A stretch of 64,000 nucleotides of DNA from Parasitella parasitica NRRL 2501 (Eukaryota; Fungi; Mucoromycota). The stretch spans positions 1-64,000 of the forward strand of contig MU619338.1 in NCBI GenBank assembly GCA_025201805.1. The letters run 5' to 3'. Each line of letters opens with the position of its first letter. The first letter of the stretch is position 1. Below are positions 12,278-26,310 of the stretch, one piece after another. A model generated the notes under the pieces. That model was not told the origin of the DNA and made no database searches. It saw nothing but the letters and a program-made list of their open reading frames with translations. Both the position numbers and the translations under genes were made by a program.

Positions 12278-15200
12278 TTAATCCAATGGCTCAGATTTCA
12301 CTTTAACCTCCCTTTTCACAATGGCGCGATCTATAGGCTCAGCCTTGACATTTGCTTCTTCCTTGAACTTGTTGGGAGCAGTATGCTTGGGCTTTGCTCG
12401 TTTAAGCGGTCTCTGATCTGTCAAAGTCGAAGCAGAGACAAATCCACCCCGGTATTTGGCAGAGTGCTGAGATGACGATGACGATGATGAAGGCTGTGAT
12501 TGACTTTGCGGCCCTTGGGATTGGGAATAGAAGCCTTGCGATTGCGAATCAGCATACTGAGTGGAATAGCCAGATTGCTTGCCTTTGTCTTTTTTGGTCA
12601 CTAATTCATCATCGTCTGGAGGAGCAGGTTTGTCAAGCGTAGCAGCCAACATTGATCTTGTATCGTTATCCCACTCTGGGGGAATAGCCTGGCGATGCTT
12701 TCTGTTCATGTTATCAAAGAAACGAGTCCTAGTTTCCACACGGTATTCACCCCAAGAGTTTCGCTCCTCTGGGCACATACAATAAAGAAAGAATTGTGAT
12801 CGGGTCATGGCGACATATAACAAGCGACCTTCTTCAGACACATCGGAAGATAGTTGGCTTGGAATCGAGCCCTCGTTGCATGTAGCTATGAACACACACG
12901 GCCATTCTAAACCTTTGGCAGAATGTATAGTCGATATAGTAACCTTCCCCCCCTCAGCCTCTTCCTGCTCCTTTTGATGCGCGCTCATAGAACAATATTC
13001 TAGAAACTGTACAATGTAGTCTTTTTCTTTGACCGGGATATCATACTCTTCGCCACTACATGGCTCTCTATTATCAATACCAATTGTAACAGTCGTTCAT
13101 GTAAACTTACTTACTCTTTGTTGGGAATTTCTGTATCGTTGGAAGCCCTAGGACCAGCTGAGCTTCCATCGTGTCCTCTTTTTTAATAACAGAATAGCGT
13201 AAGTATCGCATAAAATAAACGTAAAAAGATACGAGTCTTACGTATTTTGTGGAAGGTTAAAAGAATCCTTTGGCTGTCTATGAAAACCATTGTTATCGCA
13301 TGTCATGCAGACAATCAAAGTATTCTTACTGCTCTGAAATGTCTACCAAATCCACTTCTTCATCCATTGTAAAGTCAGGAATACCCTCGTCAGCTGTAAA
13401 GTGCGGCACCTCTTCACTCTCATTAGCTAGCATTTGCTCGTCTTATCAATAACTAGCAATACAGCGCATGTCGTGATTTACCTTCATTATCCTCGTCTTC
13501 GTCTTCTGCAACTACTTCAGCATCTACAACATCCAAACTGTTGTGATTTGCATTTTGGCCTTGCTGTGTTTGAGATTGGCTTATAATAGGGTCATCATCG
13601 CCTACGTGATGCTCTTCTTTCGATAGTGATATAAGTTCGCCAAGATTATTGTATCTAGCTTCATGATCTTGGAAATATTTGTCTTTTAAATACTCCTTGT
13701 ATTCGGTTGCAGTAATAATAAACTCTAGAATCTCTGAAATTTCAATCTAGAATTATCGTAGTTTGTGAACATTTAGTTTTACGCATATGTATATATTTCA
13801 AGCTACCTTTTGTTCGATCATGGTCTTTACATCTTCGCATATCATTGCTAGCCCTCTGATCTTTAGGCGAATAGCGTTGTTGAACGCTCCTCTGTTCCTT
13901 CCAATAGCATGTAATGTTTCCAACATGCTTTCGTTCGGATGTGTTTCATGAAGAACAGCAATCTTCTTTATTGTAACTTCGCCAATTCCTCTTTTGGGTA
14001 CATTGATGATGCGGCTATAGCTTTGATAGTCAAAGTTGTTGTATGAAAAAGCGAGGTATGCTAGCATGTCTTTGATCTCAATTCTGTCGAAAAACCTATC
14101 GCCGCAAATCTACATTTTATACAGCAAGGCAAGTAAACAGCGTTAATCGTCAATTTCAATGACGAACGTAAAAAAAAAAAAAGTATATACTTGCAATGCT
14201 AAAAGGGATCCGCAGCTTTCTAAACGTCGCTTCAAACTTTCTTGAAGTGAAATTACTACGCATCAGAACTGCAAAATCTTTAAAGGAGACAAGTCCTTTG
14301 GAATATTTGATAACTTTTTTGATCTCTTTAGCCACAAACTCTGCCTGCGTATCCTCGTTTCTCGTTGACAAGATAGAGATGGGGATGCCCACGGGATTGT
14401 TGGTGTACAAAGACTTGTCAATACGTGTGACATCTAGTTAGTCTTGCTGGATCAGGCAGTGCTCCACGGCGAATACACTTAAGAAGTTAAGCACTCACCT
14501 TGCTTGATAACATGCAATGCAGCGTCCAAGATGGCCTTTGTACTTCTGTAGTTTTGCTCCATGTTAATTGATTGAGTATCCAGATAATCATCTTGCATCT
14601 TGTTAAAGTTCTTGGGCTCAGCTGATCTCCAGCCAAAGATCGACTGATCAGGATCTGTTTAGCATGCATAAAAGTCAGACACTAAAATCGTCTATTCGAC
14701 GGTTTACTCTACCTCCAACGATGGTTACAGTTTTATCGGTATGCTGATTCTTGGTTATAAGCTTGATTAGATCGTACTGAACAACATTCGTATCTTGATA
14801 CTAATGGAAACAATGTTATACAATGTAAGGCTATCAGATGCGAAAGTGCTTTATACCTCGTCCACAAGCACAGCTTTAATATGAGCCAATACATCCCTCT
14901 TTCTTCTAAACAGTTCGCATGCTTTGATTAAAATGTTGTCAAAATCCTAACCAAATTGAGAAAAACTTGATTAAAAACACTATGTATATTGGCTTCCATC
15001 CGGGTACTCACAACCAAATTATTATTGTAAAGCTCTTGTTCGTATGCCTCATACAAAACTGCAATGTTTCTTTTTGCGAAATCTTCAGAATACATTTCCT
15101 TGTATTGTGATGCTGTGATTCCTTCGCTCTTTGCTTTGCTAATTATGTTGGAGATAACCCCTAGTAAACACATTCCACATAAATAATCACTGCCAATAAA

Positions 15201-15794
15201 AAAAAAAAAGGCATCATATCATTTACCTGGCTTTTGCCTGGTTCGAGTGAATGAATCGATATCGAGTTTTTCGTCTTTCTGGAGTTTTTTGATAATATCT
15301 TGACTGTGTAAAAGAGTGTCTTGTTAGAGACGAAATGGCATCAGCTGGTCGTACTTGCCTCACTTCTTTATCAGCTATGGTAAAGTTTGATTTCAGATCG
15401 ACTACGGCTGCATTGTGTCGCAAAATACGAGAGCAGATTGAATGAAAAGTGCCAATCACCAAATTATCAGTATTCTTGTTGCCTATCATCGAGTAAAGTC
15501 TCTTTTTCATCTCATTTGCAGCTTTGTTGGTAAAGGTAACTACAATGACTTGCTGAGGCTTTGTGTTTTCATTGAGCACAAGGTGGGCAGCTCTGCAGGT
15601 CAAAACTATTGAAGAGGCATTTAGTTTTTATTATTATAAACTGGGATAAAAAAAAAACCTCTTGTCTTGCCCGAGCCAGGACCAGCCAAGATCTGCAGAG
15701 TCTTTGCTTTTGACAATACGGATTCTCGCTGATGTTCATTCAAAGTGCTCAACGTCTCTTGGAACTGCTGTCTGTAAAGAAGATCTTGTTCCAT
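12278..15794 (-). CDS. SRS2: UvrD/Rep-family SF1 DNA helicase (Srs2-like), many introns
   Basis: LNEHQRE (Q motif), ILAGPGSGKTR (Walker A), VTFTNKAANEM, GTFHS, LVDE|YQDTN, GDPDQSIFGWR, NYRST, STIHSAKGLEWP, EEGRLLYVAMTR. Confidence 0.9.
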
Positions 15795-16563
15795 ATGATT
15801 CCTGATGACGAAAATATAGAGAAAAAGGAAAAAAGGAAAAAGAACGAAAAGAGCATTGGAGAGACTCAAAGGGCTGCTGAGTGTCTTTTTTGATTTAACC
15901 GTGTCACTTGCTTCTATCTCAAATGGTGTGGTTCCATTGCTTTTTGATCTGTGCAAGCATACTGCCCCTCCCCTCTCCCCCCCCCCCCGAAGCTCATGTC
16001 TATTCTCGCTCTGGCAGCATTGCACCCTTTTCTTATCTCGACCCGAGTCTGTCGTTTCCAAATGTGTCTTGAATCTTGAATTGTTTCGAGAGCAATCCTC
16101 TTTTACCTCTAAACGCTGCTATTGCGATATTTCAGCCGCAGCAGATTGGCATAATGGAGGTCACTGGCACCTTAATGCTCTAAAGTGCCATGTCGAGACA
16201 TTGCGAAAAAGCCATATGTACGAGTTGCTAGAAGCACATGATGCGCGCGCCATGTCGCGATTGCATCGAGCACAGACGACTGGAGACGATTTTACTGGGG
16301 ATTCTTCCATTCATCAGTAGCTCCAACTGCTGCCAAACATTAGAATGTTCCAAACTCTATTGCAATGTGTGTATATCCCATTGATCCTGAGCAATTGATA
16401 ATACAATCACATAACGCGCTGTACACTGCACGCATAGCAAAATCAAGCAAGGGAAGGTTGCATGGCGACCCGTTTAAACAACAAAACTGACCTATAAATA
16501 AGCACCAGAAGGCAAAATCTTTTTTCCCAAGTCTTTTCCCCCTTTTCTGTTTTCTTATCCATA

Positions 16564-17720
16564 ATGAACATATTTCGATTCAAATCAAGCTCATCTGCTG
16601 CCAATAGCACGAAATCTGCTACACCATCGGTAGACTATGGGCCTATTACAAGCGACCCTCTTTTAACGCCACCCACAGAATACGAGCCTATCCTGAACCC
16701 CACGCTTGACGACGAGCAGAGACAAAAGATTGCAGACTTGCTGGCCTATATGGACACCATTATTCTCTCGGAACAAGACCCCTACTATCCTAATGAAAGA
16801 GGTTTCGTGTCTAAAGAAACTGCCCATAGATACATGAGAGCAAGAAAGTGGGATTTTGAGGTATTTAATGACAAAATGGAGAATCGTGCGCTACAGACAT
16901 TCAGCGTCTCTCTTGCAATAGGCAGCCAAGAACATGCTGGAGAATACAGTCAAATGGAGAAGGGAATTCAAACCAGATCAACTAGATGCAGATATGATCC
17001 GTCTCGAGGTAGGCTACCATGCTCAAAAGAAACCCCCCCCCCCTCCCCTCGCCAAAAAAAAAAAAAAGCTTCTCGCTGCTAAGCTTTGTTGTTAGGCTGA
17101 AACTGGCAAGATGTATTTTAGTGGGTTCGACAAGGCTGGGCGCCCTCTTTGGATCATGAAGCCCCGTAATGAAAATTCTAAAGACTCTGACAGGCAAGTA
17201 AAGCACATTGTATTTTGCTTGGAGAGGGGCATTCGCTTGATGCCTGAAAACGTCGAGAAGATATCGATTGTCGTTGATTTCAAGGACTCGACCTCATCCA
17301 ACAATGCCAGCATTGGTACATGCAAAAAGTTTTTGGACATTTTAGGGAACCATTACCCAGAGAGACTTGGCGTTGCATTTCTAGTTAATTGTAAGTGCAC
17401 GGGGCAGCGCAATGACGATTGACAAGATGACTAACAACGCGTTGGTCGATAATTTAGCACCGTGGTTCTTCCTTACTACGTTCAAAGTGATTGGACCCTT
17501 TATGGACCCTGTTACCAGAAACAAGATCAAATTTATTAATTCAGATGATAATACCAAAAGCACAAACAACGACCAAATCAACATTGACGACTATATACCT
17601 CTGAAGCAAATGGAAGTGAGCCTTGGCGGTCAGTACAACTTTGCATTTGACATAGACACTTATTGGAGTGCTCTTTTGAGAGAGACAGGAGACCCTTACA
17701 AAGTGATAGAGTATAAATAA
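16564..17720 (+). CDS. CRAL-TRIO (Sec14 family, Pdr16-like) lipid transfer protein
   Basis: HRYMRARKWDFE, GFDKAGRPLWIMKP, ILGNHYPERLG, APWFF..FKVIGPFMDPVTRNKI, LGG. Confidence 0.9.
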
Positions 17721-17774
17721 AGTAGCATTGTCATTCTACAGCCATCGCGAAAAAAAGACGCGGCTCTTCAACTA

Positions 17775-17844
17775 GTGGCAGTGGCAGTGGCAGTAGCAGT
17801 GGCAGTGGCAGTGGCGGTAGCAGTAGCAATGGCAGTGGCAGTAG
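17775..17844 (+). repeat. (GTGGCA)n hexanucleotide microsatellite, ~11 imperfect units, intergenic
   Basis: Directly visible between the PDR16-like stop and the MPS1 start. Confidence 0.95.
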
Positions 17845-17967
17845 TCAGACTTTGCTTTTTGTTTTTTTGTTGGGTACAAGCTTTTATTGAAACTCTCCTT
17901 GTGAATTATTGCCTCTCTTTATCCGATAAAAATTATACCCTTACAATACGCTCTTCCCTATAACAAT

Positions 17968-20133
17968 ATGAGTGACCAGCCCTCACAGTCTAGAGACAGC
18001 TCCAGTAACAGAGCGCCATCTGTGGAGATTCTCTCTAAATATCCAATCTTTTCAAATACGTTGGATGTGTGGAAGGCTATCAAAGAGCTGGAGGAAGACG
18101 ATTTTCAAGATGACAACATTGATATCGATTTTGAGGAAGATCAGGCCTCAAGCATGAGTTTTCAAGAGGTGAGTGCAGTCATTAAAAGCAGACAATCAAA
18201 AAGAGCCACATTAATCTCGAATGAGCAGCATCATAGCAATAGCGCCACAGTGGAAACGTCAGCGAGAGACGAGATTACCGTCGACGAGATGGAGAATCGC
18301 CAGCGATTGTCTAGTGCAAATCGGCAGGAAGAGGACGGACCCATGACACATCATGTAAATTGCCTCAGCCATACCGTCTCATAAGCACTGCCTATACTAA
18401 CATGTTTCTTACAGTCTCCAATTCGAGCTGCTCAAACGGAATACACATTGTAAGTCTTTTACATTGGGATATTCAGCAGCTATTAACAGACAGTCAAGTC
18501 CTAGAAATGTGCGTAGGAAACTAGCCGATGCAGCATCCAGTCCTTCATCCGCACCAGCATCCACAAATAGAGACTCGCCGATGACACGGCCTTCACCACC
18601 ATCAGCTTTGACTACCTCCAATATAAGCATGATGGCTACGCCTACAGACCTACCTTCTTCACCCTCCACTGGAAGCATTGAAGGTAAATTAAAAAAAAAA
18701 AAAAATGGGGCCCCATAACCATCTTGGAAAACAAGACGTATTTAAACATTCATAGGACCATTTGATAATGCCAATGACGCTGGCAGTCTTGAGCGCAATG
18801 TTTCTTCGTTAGACATAGCCGTCGATAGTCCTTCAACGGTAATAATATCATGCAGCTAAAAGGCAATCATATACTCATATACGGCTGTAGAAAGAGTCGC
18901 CTTCATCGAAATCGGATAGTAAAAGAAGAGCATCCCCACCTCGACAGCAGCATACGCCTCCCATCGTCACCAGAACATCTTCAGAGTCACCACGGCCACG
19001 GCCTGAGCAGTCGAGACCAGTGGATCATTTTGCGAAACCTGCAATCATCCCAAAGAAATCCAACGGAAACTACTCGAACCACTCGTACACAAATTATGAT
19101 CGCAAAGTACCACAGGCTCCTCGTGAACAAGAGAAAATAACTGTACGTAGGACCTAGTGTAGACGCATTCTTTATTAAACCACAATTATACGTGTATATA
19201 TAGATCAACAAGCACGATTATACCATTTTAAAGGAGATTGGCAGAGGAAGCTCTGGCAAAGTATTTCAGGTTCTGGGGCACACATTTGGTCAGATATTAG
19301 CTCTCAAATGGATCGAAGTGAAACACGAGGAAGATCGCAAAAGTATTATGAACGAAATAGAGTTGCTGAAATCGCTGGATGACCACGACACCATTGTAAG
19401 TTTACTGGATTACAGAGCAACCCCTTCTGTCATTTTCATGGTGATGGAATTTGGCGAAATCGACCTTGCTCAATTGATACAAAGGCAGGCTCAAAAGAAA
19501 TGGGACATCAACTTTATTAGGTATTACTGGAACCAGGTAAGACAACAAAGAGAGAGAGAGAGACAGAGAGAGAGCTGAGGCTGTGGTAGCGTTGCACTCT
19601 AACACATTTCTTAGATGTTGCATGCTGTGTACATTATCCACCAGAACAACATTGTTCATTCGGATCTAAAGCCTGCTAATTTTGTGGTGGTGAAAGGATG
19701 GCTCAAATTGATTGACTTTGGCATAGCAAAGAAAGTGTCTGATGATACGACGAATATCGAGCGGGTGGTTCAAGTGGGTACTATCAACTACATGTCGCCC
19801 GAAGCATTATTAGATATCAACGAGGGGAGAGGAGAAGCAGGCAGCTTGATGAAGCTAGGTAGACCTAGCGATGTGTGGTCTCTAGGCTGTATTTTATATC
19901 AAATGGTATATGGCAAGACTCCCTTTTATCATTTATCACTAGCACAGAAAATCATCTGCATACCTAATCCTAGCTACAAGATTAATTTTCCAACGACTGT
20001 GCCGAATGGAAAGAATTCAAGACCCATTGAAGTGCCTCCTTTGCTTCTCAAAGTATTGAAAGGCTGCTTAAATCGCAACCCCTCCGTGCGCCCACTCCTC
20101 ACTGAATTGATGTTTCACCCATTTGTAAATTAG
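17968..20133 (+). CDS. MPS1: Mps1/TTK spindle-checkpoint kinase
   Basis: IGRGSSGKVF, VMEFGEIDL, IVHSDLKPANF, DFGIAK, QVGTINYMSPEAL, GRPSDVWSLGCILYQMVYGKTPF. Confidence 0.92.
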
Positions 20134-21070
20134 CTCTCATTGTACATTTTTTTTTCGCTCTTTTTCCCCCAGATTATACACGTATTTAAAAAAAAAACAA
20201 AAACAAAAACAAACAAACATACTTATTTACGTATATTTTGCTTGATTTAAAAAGTGTCTTTTTTTTTTTTTTGACAGTGTCCTAATGCATATAGCACAAA
20301 AGAAAAAAAAACTTACTTTCAAGATTATGTATGCTTATAACTAATATTTGGTTTTCTGCCTGACCTGTGCATAGTTCCACTATTGACATGTATAGAATCG
20401 TTTTCTCTATTCAATGGACGAAATAAAATAAAAAAAAAAAACAAGACTTCAGTACAAAAGTTTCGTCATTGATTTCTTTCTGAGTTTTGGTCGAGAGATG
20501 GTTCAAAACGTCCATTGTATTCATTTGAGTTTCAAGACGTTGCATGCTCATACCAGGTAAATCTGGAGAATGACAACTGCTCCCTTCGACTTACCCTCCA
20601 AGGCATTTTGATAATTTTGTTTTGCACATTTTCTTTGAATGCTTTTTTAGTTTTTTCCTTTTGATATCATTTTACAAGAAGATCAGGAGAGAGGAAAAAA
20701 CATAGGAGAAGAAACTATACCAAAATCAGGAAAAGCAAGGTTATGTTTTACCCGAACACGGAACAAAAAAGGTACCCCACTACTATACGAACCAATAAAT
20801 GCATATAACTGAACTGAATTATAACTTTTATCAGCTAAACCCAATTATTGAAAGCATGCAAGGAGGCTTAAAAAAACGCATGCGTTAATAAACAAGTTTC
20901 GGATGTTGTCATACACATGGTGATCCTTCTGTTTCTGCAAGAAATTCGAAATTAAATGATTAATAAAGATAAAATATACAAATATGGCATGGAATACAGA
21001 ATAATTTTCAAAAGATGAGATGATTTATTATGAATTATAAACGGGAAATGTAATATGTCGTGAGTGTCGA

Positions 21071-22339
21071 TTAAAGTAACAAGGCGGCAATGAATGCGGA
21101 GGCCATTACAAGATTAGGAATAACAGACATGGCCCCACTGGTAGAAGCACTGACTTTAGAAGCAGTGGTCGCGACGCCAGAAGCGCTAGCGCCAGTCGCA
21201 CTAACGGCAGTAGAGCCAGAGGTGCTGGATTTGGTTCCATTCAGTACATTGGTCCATTCAAAATCTTCAAAGTAAGGATAAGAAATGTTGTAACAGGTAG
21301 CGACATCAATAACTTGCTTGTAGGCAGAGATAATCTTGGGCAAGTTCTCAACGGCCATGGACATGGTTTCGTTATTGATTTCGTGAGTCAACACAATGTT
21401 ACCACTGGTAGCAAAAGTGCCATTAGTACCCATAGCAATAAAGTCAGCGTAGCTTTGCTCCACAGCTTCAACTGTAGTAGTGACACCAGCAGACCAGTCG
21501 TCAGTGTCGAGGTTCCAGATAACAGCGGTTAAACCCAACTGAGAAGCAATCCAGCGAACACGATCATCAACATCACCGTAGGGAGGACGCCAGTAACGAG
21601 GGGTTAAGCCTGTGGCGAGCTTAATTGCCTTTTGAGTGTAGTAAAATTCTGCAAGGACTTCTTGGTTAGTCTTGGTGGTCATTTGAGGATGAGACCAAGT
21701 GTGGGAAGCGATGTGATGGCCATCAAGAACACCACGCATAGCACCGTACGGCCAGTCAACGACATTAGAGCCGATGTAGAACATGGAAGCCTTCAGTTTT
21801 TTCTCTTGGAGATAATCATAGAAAGCATTGTGAGAGCAGTTGGGTCCATCATCATAGGTTAGGCCCCAAGTCTCGGGCTCAGGGCATTTGGAAATGTCCT
21901 CATTGACGTCGCTGAGTTTAGGAGTGGTACAGGTAGTTGCAGACCACCAACAATCAGGATCTGTTGCAGAGTCGTAACCGGTGGTGTCCAAGTTGCCGCT
22001 GGCATCAAGAGTACGAACAGCAATGTTGGGAGCTTTGGTCCAGTCAATTGAGTTGTAGAGGTCAAGGAACTCGGTAGTTGCGTTCATACCATTAGTGGTT
22101 GCAACTTCCCAGATGGAGGGCCATTCAGAAGCATTGAAGGTGAATAAAGAAGTATCAGGGTTGTAGTAAACGCATTCTTGAGTAGGGTTAATGGATGTGG
22201 TCTGCTCGATAGAAGGAACGGTGATGTTCTTGGGATTAACTCGAGAAATGAACGATTGCCAGTAATTAGAAGCATCAGCTGCGGCAATGGTAGCTACTTG
22301 GGCAATGGCAGCTGAAAGAGCGAATGTCCTGATTTGCAT
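21071..22339 (-). CDS. cda: Chitin deacetylase (CE4/NodB), secreted, probable GPI anchor; single exon
   Basis: Signal peptide; TYDDGP, HTWSHP, RPPYGD, DTDDW and LTHE motifs; Ser/Thr-rich linker and hydrophobic C-terminus. Confidence 0.97.
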   Translation of the reverse strand: MQIRTFALSAAIAQVATIAAADASNYWQSFISRVNPKNITVPSIEQTTSINPTQECVYYNPDTSLFTFNASEWPSIWEVATTNGMNATTEFLDLYNSIDWTKAPNIAVRTLDASGNLDTTGYDSATDPDCWWSATTCTTPKLSDVNEDISKCPEPETWGLTYDDGPNCSHNAFYDYLQEKKLKASMFYIGSNVVDWPYGAMRGVLDGHHIASHTWSHPQMTTKTNQEVLAEFYYTQKAIKLATGLTPRYWRPPYGDVDDRVRWIASQLGLTAVIWNLDTDDWSAGVTTTVEAVEQSYADFIAMGTNGTFATSGNIVLTHEINNETMSMAVENLPKIISAYKQVIDVATCYNISYPYFEDFEWTNVLNGTKSSTSGSTAVSATGASASGVATTASKVSASTSGAMSVIPNLVMASAFIAALLL

Positions 22340-23113
22340 CTTTTCGGCTTGTAATTATAGCAACACAGGAAGGAATGAAGGCGAAAGAAATAAATTGTAC
22401 TTTTGTGGTTATTTATACCCTTTTCGTTATAGCTGCAATGGTTTTTTGGGTTACACTATCATCCTTGGCGACGCTTATTATATACGGTACATGGTCTATT
22501 CTTAGATGCGTTTTAAATATATATTTCATATCCTTTTCTTGCCACGGCTTACAGCAATGATGACATACATATAACTTTAAAAATTTTCAAGCTTATTATT
22601 TTTGAAGCTTAGAACTACTCTTGTTAATGCACTTCACCATACAAATGCATTGTTTTTGCACAGATTCTGCAGTACTGCAGTACATCAAACCCTGCAGAGC
22701 AATCGGCGCTTAAAACTAAAGTATAATACATAGAGATATTTCCCGAGCAACTCAATTGAACAATGCAAATTACACAAAATTATCAACCACAAAGCATTCG
22801 ATTTGAGAAAAATAAAATAAAATAAAGTACATTGAATTCTTCTACTGATTTTCTCCGAGTAAAACTTGCTGTATCATGCTGGTGAATGAAAAATTGTTTT
22901 TTTTTTTAGTGCACACATGTCTCATCGCAACTGAATTCCGGTTTCAATGGTTCACATTTTGTTAAACAGGCTATTATTGGGGGCATATTTAACACGACGC
23001 GGTGGTTACTTGCCTGTAATGGTTCGATTTTTTTTTTTTTTCTTTTTGTTTTCAACTGTCAGCATTGCTCATCTATCTCTAACAACTTCAACATATATAT
23101 TTATACACACAAT

Positions 23114-24443
23114 ATGAAAGTCTTACAAAATGTCGAAAGTTCAATTGTCTTGCCACAACAGAGACGGCCTTCTGACATCTTGGAGGAATCTTATGTGGCA
23201 CAAAGTGTCAATAATAGCAGAAGGAATTCGACCACTGATAGCATTGTAGACTACAATTCATTGTCTGCTGCCTCAGACGGCACAGATTTAGATGTCGAGT
23301 CGCTGGTCAACTCTACCATGTGGCCGCTACCGTCTGCTATTGCTGTTACAAGTGCTAACACTGCTGCTAATTCTGGAAACATTTCAAAAGAGCCCTCTCC
23401 GCCTGCTCCTTCTGCACATCCTTTAGACTCTACGCTTATGTTGAATGACTGGAGTCCTAGCCAAATCAAGGACACAGAATGGAAAATACCGTTACAACAT
23501 CCGCAATATTCTCAAGACATGTACTTTTTAAACAATAACGACAGAAACAACCATGACGATAATGACAATTTCTCAATGAATATGATGCCTCAAACACCAC
23601 CTGTTCACAATAGCAATTACAGCCATATGATTCCAGTGAATAATTTTTCGTACAACGGCAGCTTTTCAGACATCACAAATGGAATCAACTCTGCGCCTCC
23701 CTCGATGGTGAATACAGCCTTATCTACGCCAAATAGTGGATTGGTGAAACCACCAATGTCAAATTACTTTCAAGTTCGCAATAGTTTGCCTCCCAACTCT
23801 AAAAGCGTGCCACCGTTTCACAGTGATAATCGTCGTAGGAACTCTACAACTGATACACATCACCCTCAACGCACCTTTGGTAGACGAGCTTTATCACATC
23901 CTTCTGTAGCTTCTGTTGTCAGCCTGACAGCGCATGAGCCAATCTCCAAGATAATCGATGGCATCGAATATATTACATTCTTATATTCACATGACCGTCT
24001 AGTAAAGGAGTACACGGTGCGCACAGACGTGGATAATGTCAATGTAGATGATATAACCATGGATTTCCGGATTCAAAATGCGGTAAGAGTTGCCTTGGTT
24101 GGCTTGATTTGCCCTTTTTTTTCTTTATTATTATTATTATTATTATTGTTATAACTGACTATTGCATACATAGATTTACCCAAGAGCGAATGTTGACAAA
24201 TCCGAATATGATGGTAACCGTTGGAATTACGAAACTACATGCAATCAATTGGGCTGGAAGCTTTGCTGGCTAAACAAGGACCAGCTGTTTGGAAGGAGAG
24301 GCCTCATACAGCGTGCAGTTGATTCTTTTCGTAATCGCCATACTGAAATGCGATCCCGAAGAGTCACCCGTCAAGAAAAAGTAGCCAATGGTACTTTACG
24401 CAAACGTCGATCAAAAAAATCGTTAGCTCATAACATGTTATAA
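23114..24443 (+). CDS. Conserved fungal hypothetical protein: disordered N-terminus plus compact C-terminal domain with basic tail, 2 exons
   Basis: IEYITFLYSHDRLVKEYTVRTDV...QNA|IYPRAN..EYDGNRWNYETTCNQLGWKLCWLN..LFGRRGLIQRAVDSFRN..RSRRV; intron 24083-24173 joins ORFs 23114 and 24249 in frame. Confidence 0.8.
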
Positions 24444-24738
24444 CTAAGAGAATGCTGTATATACTATTTGTATAATTGTATTTAATAAATTCTGTCGCCT
24501 GATGCTTTGTTTATCAAGATAAAGCAAAAACACATGGCGTGCTTCCTCGAAAAATTTACAAGTACAATGTCAAAACTGCACCAGAATTTGGTTGCTCTAC
24601 GGTAGTTATGGAAACGTTCCTGCCAGATGCAGATGTCAACTCAGACGACGACAGCCAACGCCTGCTTCAACTCCAAAGCCACCGCCTTGATGTTTTTTTT
24701 TCTACCTAGTCTACTACTACTATTCTGTACTTGAGACT

Positions 24739-26249
24739 ATGCAAAAAATGGCCAACGGTGCAGTCAGTTTCAAGTTACAAGCGGAAAGCAGCATTTTTCG
24801 CCGAGGAGCATTGCAATTTGTAAAAAAAGATAAGACTATCCAAACACCTGGATGTATGACTTATACGCTTCGAGGTTCTGTTCCTCATCTTATCAAGGAC
24901 AATTTAACATTGCTGCCTATCGAACTTGTGCACATTTCTTTGGAACATTTGTAAATGCAAAAGTACCGTGAAACTAATTTCGATCTAATTAAACATATAT
25001 ATTTATATATGTATTTATATAGTTTGGAACAAAAGGACCCTTCTTCCTTCAAATATCCTTATGGCATCCACAAATATATCAACCTGGAGGTAAGTTTTCG
25101 ATTGCGGTTACCTTTTTTTTTTCTTTTAAATTGATATGTAACGACCTGGATAGAATGAACTGGTTTACTGCGATATTCGTGATCCTGCAAAATTGACACC
25201 CATCTCATTCAATACTGATAAATACCTCTCTGTCGAAACACATGGTGGTGTTCGTCAAGTTACACCGGAAAACTGGGCTGAAGCAATCAGAAATTACCGC
25301 CCTGATGTTGCGGCTTCCATGGCTGACACTGTAACCGATTTAGATGTCAAAACAAAACGTATCAAAAGATCAGTAGATAGAACATTACGCTGGTTGGATG
25401 AGAATTTAAACAAGATAAAGGTAGTATTAGCTTGAGAGGCCCTGGAATTTTTACATGTACTTACCAGTGCTTATCGCAGGACTTGGAGATTCCTGTGTTT
25501 GCTCCTGTCATGGGCCATACAGACGTTGAGGAACGTGCTCGCTCTGCCACGGAAACTGCTGAAAGGGATGTGCAAGGTAGGTTTAAGCAATCCTATAAAG
25601 GAATAGAAAAGGCTTATTGAACTTGTTACGTCAAGGCTTCATTGTCAATCTCTTTGGCCTGGAAAAGGACCAGCTAAGCAAACATGTAAAGGCATCCACT
25701 GATAATTTACCCAACGACAAGCCCAGAGTTGGTTACGGCTTTGCATCTCCTGAGGGTATTTTAGAAGGTGTTGCAAATGGAATCGATTTGTTCGACGGCA
25801 CATATGCATACATAGTTACTGATAAGGGTCGTGCTATCTCATTCAAATTTGGAGAGGAACTGAAGAATGCTGCTGAATCAAAAAATCAGCCGAAAACCAT
25901 CAATCTATGGGACAGCCAGCTAGCTCATGCTTTCGAGCCTATTGACACAACATGTGGATGTGAAGCTTGTTCTCGACCTCACACCAAAGCTTATATCCAC
26001 CACTTGCTCAACGCACATGAAATGTTGGGCCCCATTTTACTAATGAGCCACAACATCTACCAATTGGACAAATTTATGGCTGCTGTTCGCAAAAGTATCG
26101 AGAATCAGCAATTCGAACAGGATATGGAATCTTTTATGAACTTTTATAGTCATAAAAAGGAAGTAAATGGTAGGGACGATCATGAAGATGAGGTTGATGA
26201 TCAGTCTTTAGGCGTTCATTTGAAAAAGAAGAGAACTTTGCTACTTTAA
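24739..26249 (+). CDS. QTRT2: Queuine tRNA-ribosyltransferase accessory subunit 2
   Basis: QTPGCMTYTLRGSVPHL, KRSVDRTLRWLD, GIDLFD, Zn motif CGCEAC..HTKAYIHHLLNAHEMLGPILLMSHN; no catalytic DSGG motif seen, which points to the accessory subunit. Confidence 0.88.
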
Positions 26250-26310
26250 GACAGTACGACATGTAAATAAACAGTTTTATAATATGCGCTTTGTCGATTT
26301 ATTATTCTAA

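Noticed and set aside
17775-17963. MAVAVAV… ORF
   Set aside because: Translation of the (GTGGCA)n microsatellite from a GTG start.
22667-22680. Perfect 14-bp palindrome CTGCAGTACTGCAG in the divergent cda promoter
   Set aside because: Single occurrence that is explainable by a short tandem duplication; no evidence of function.
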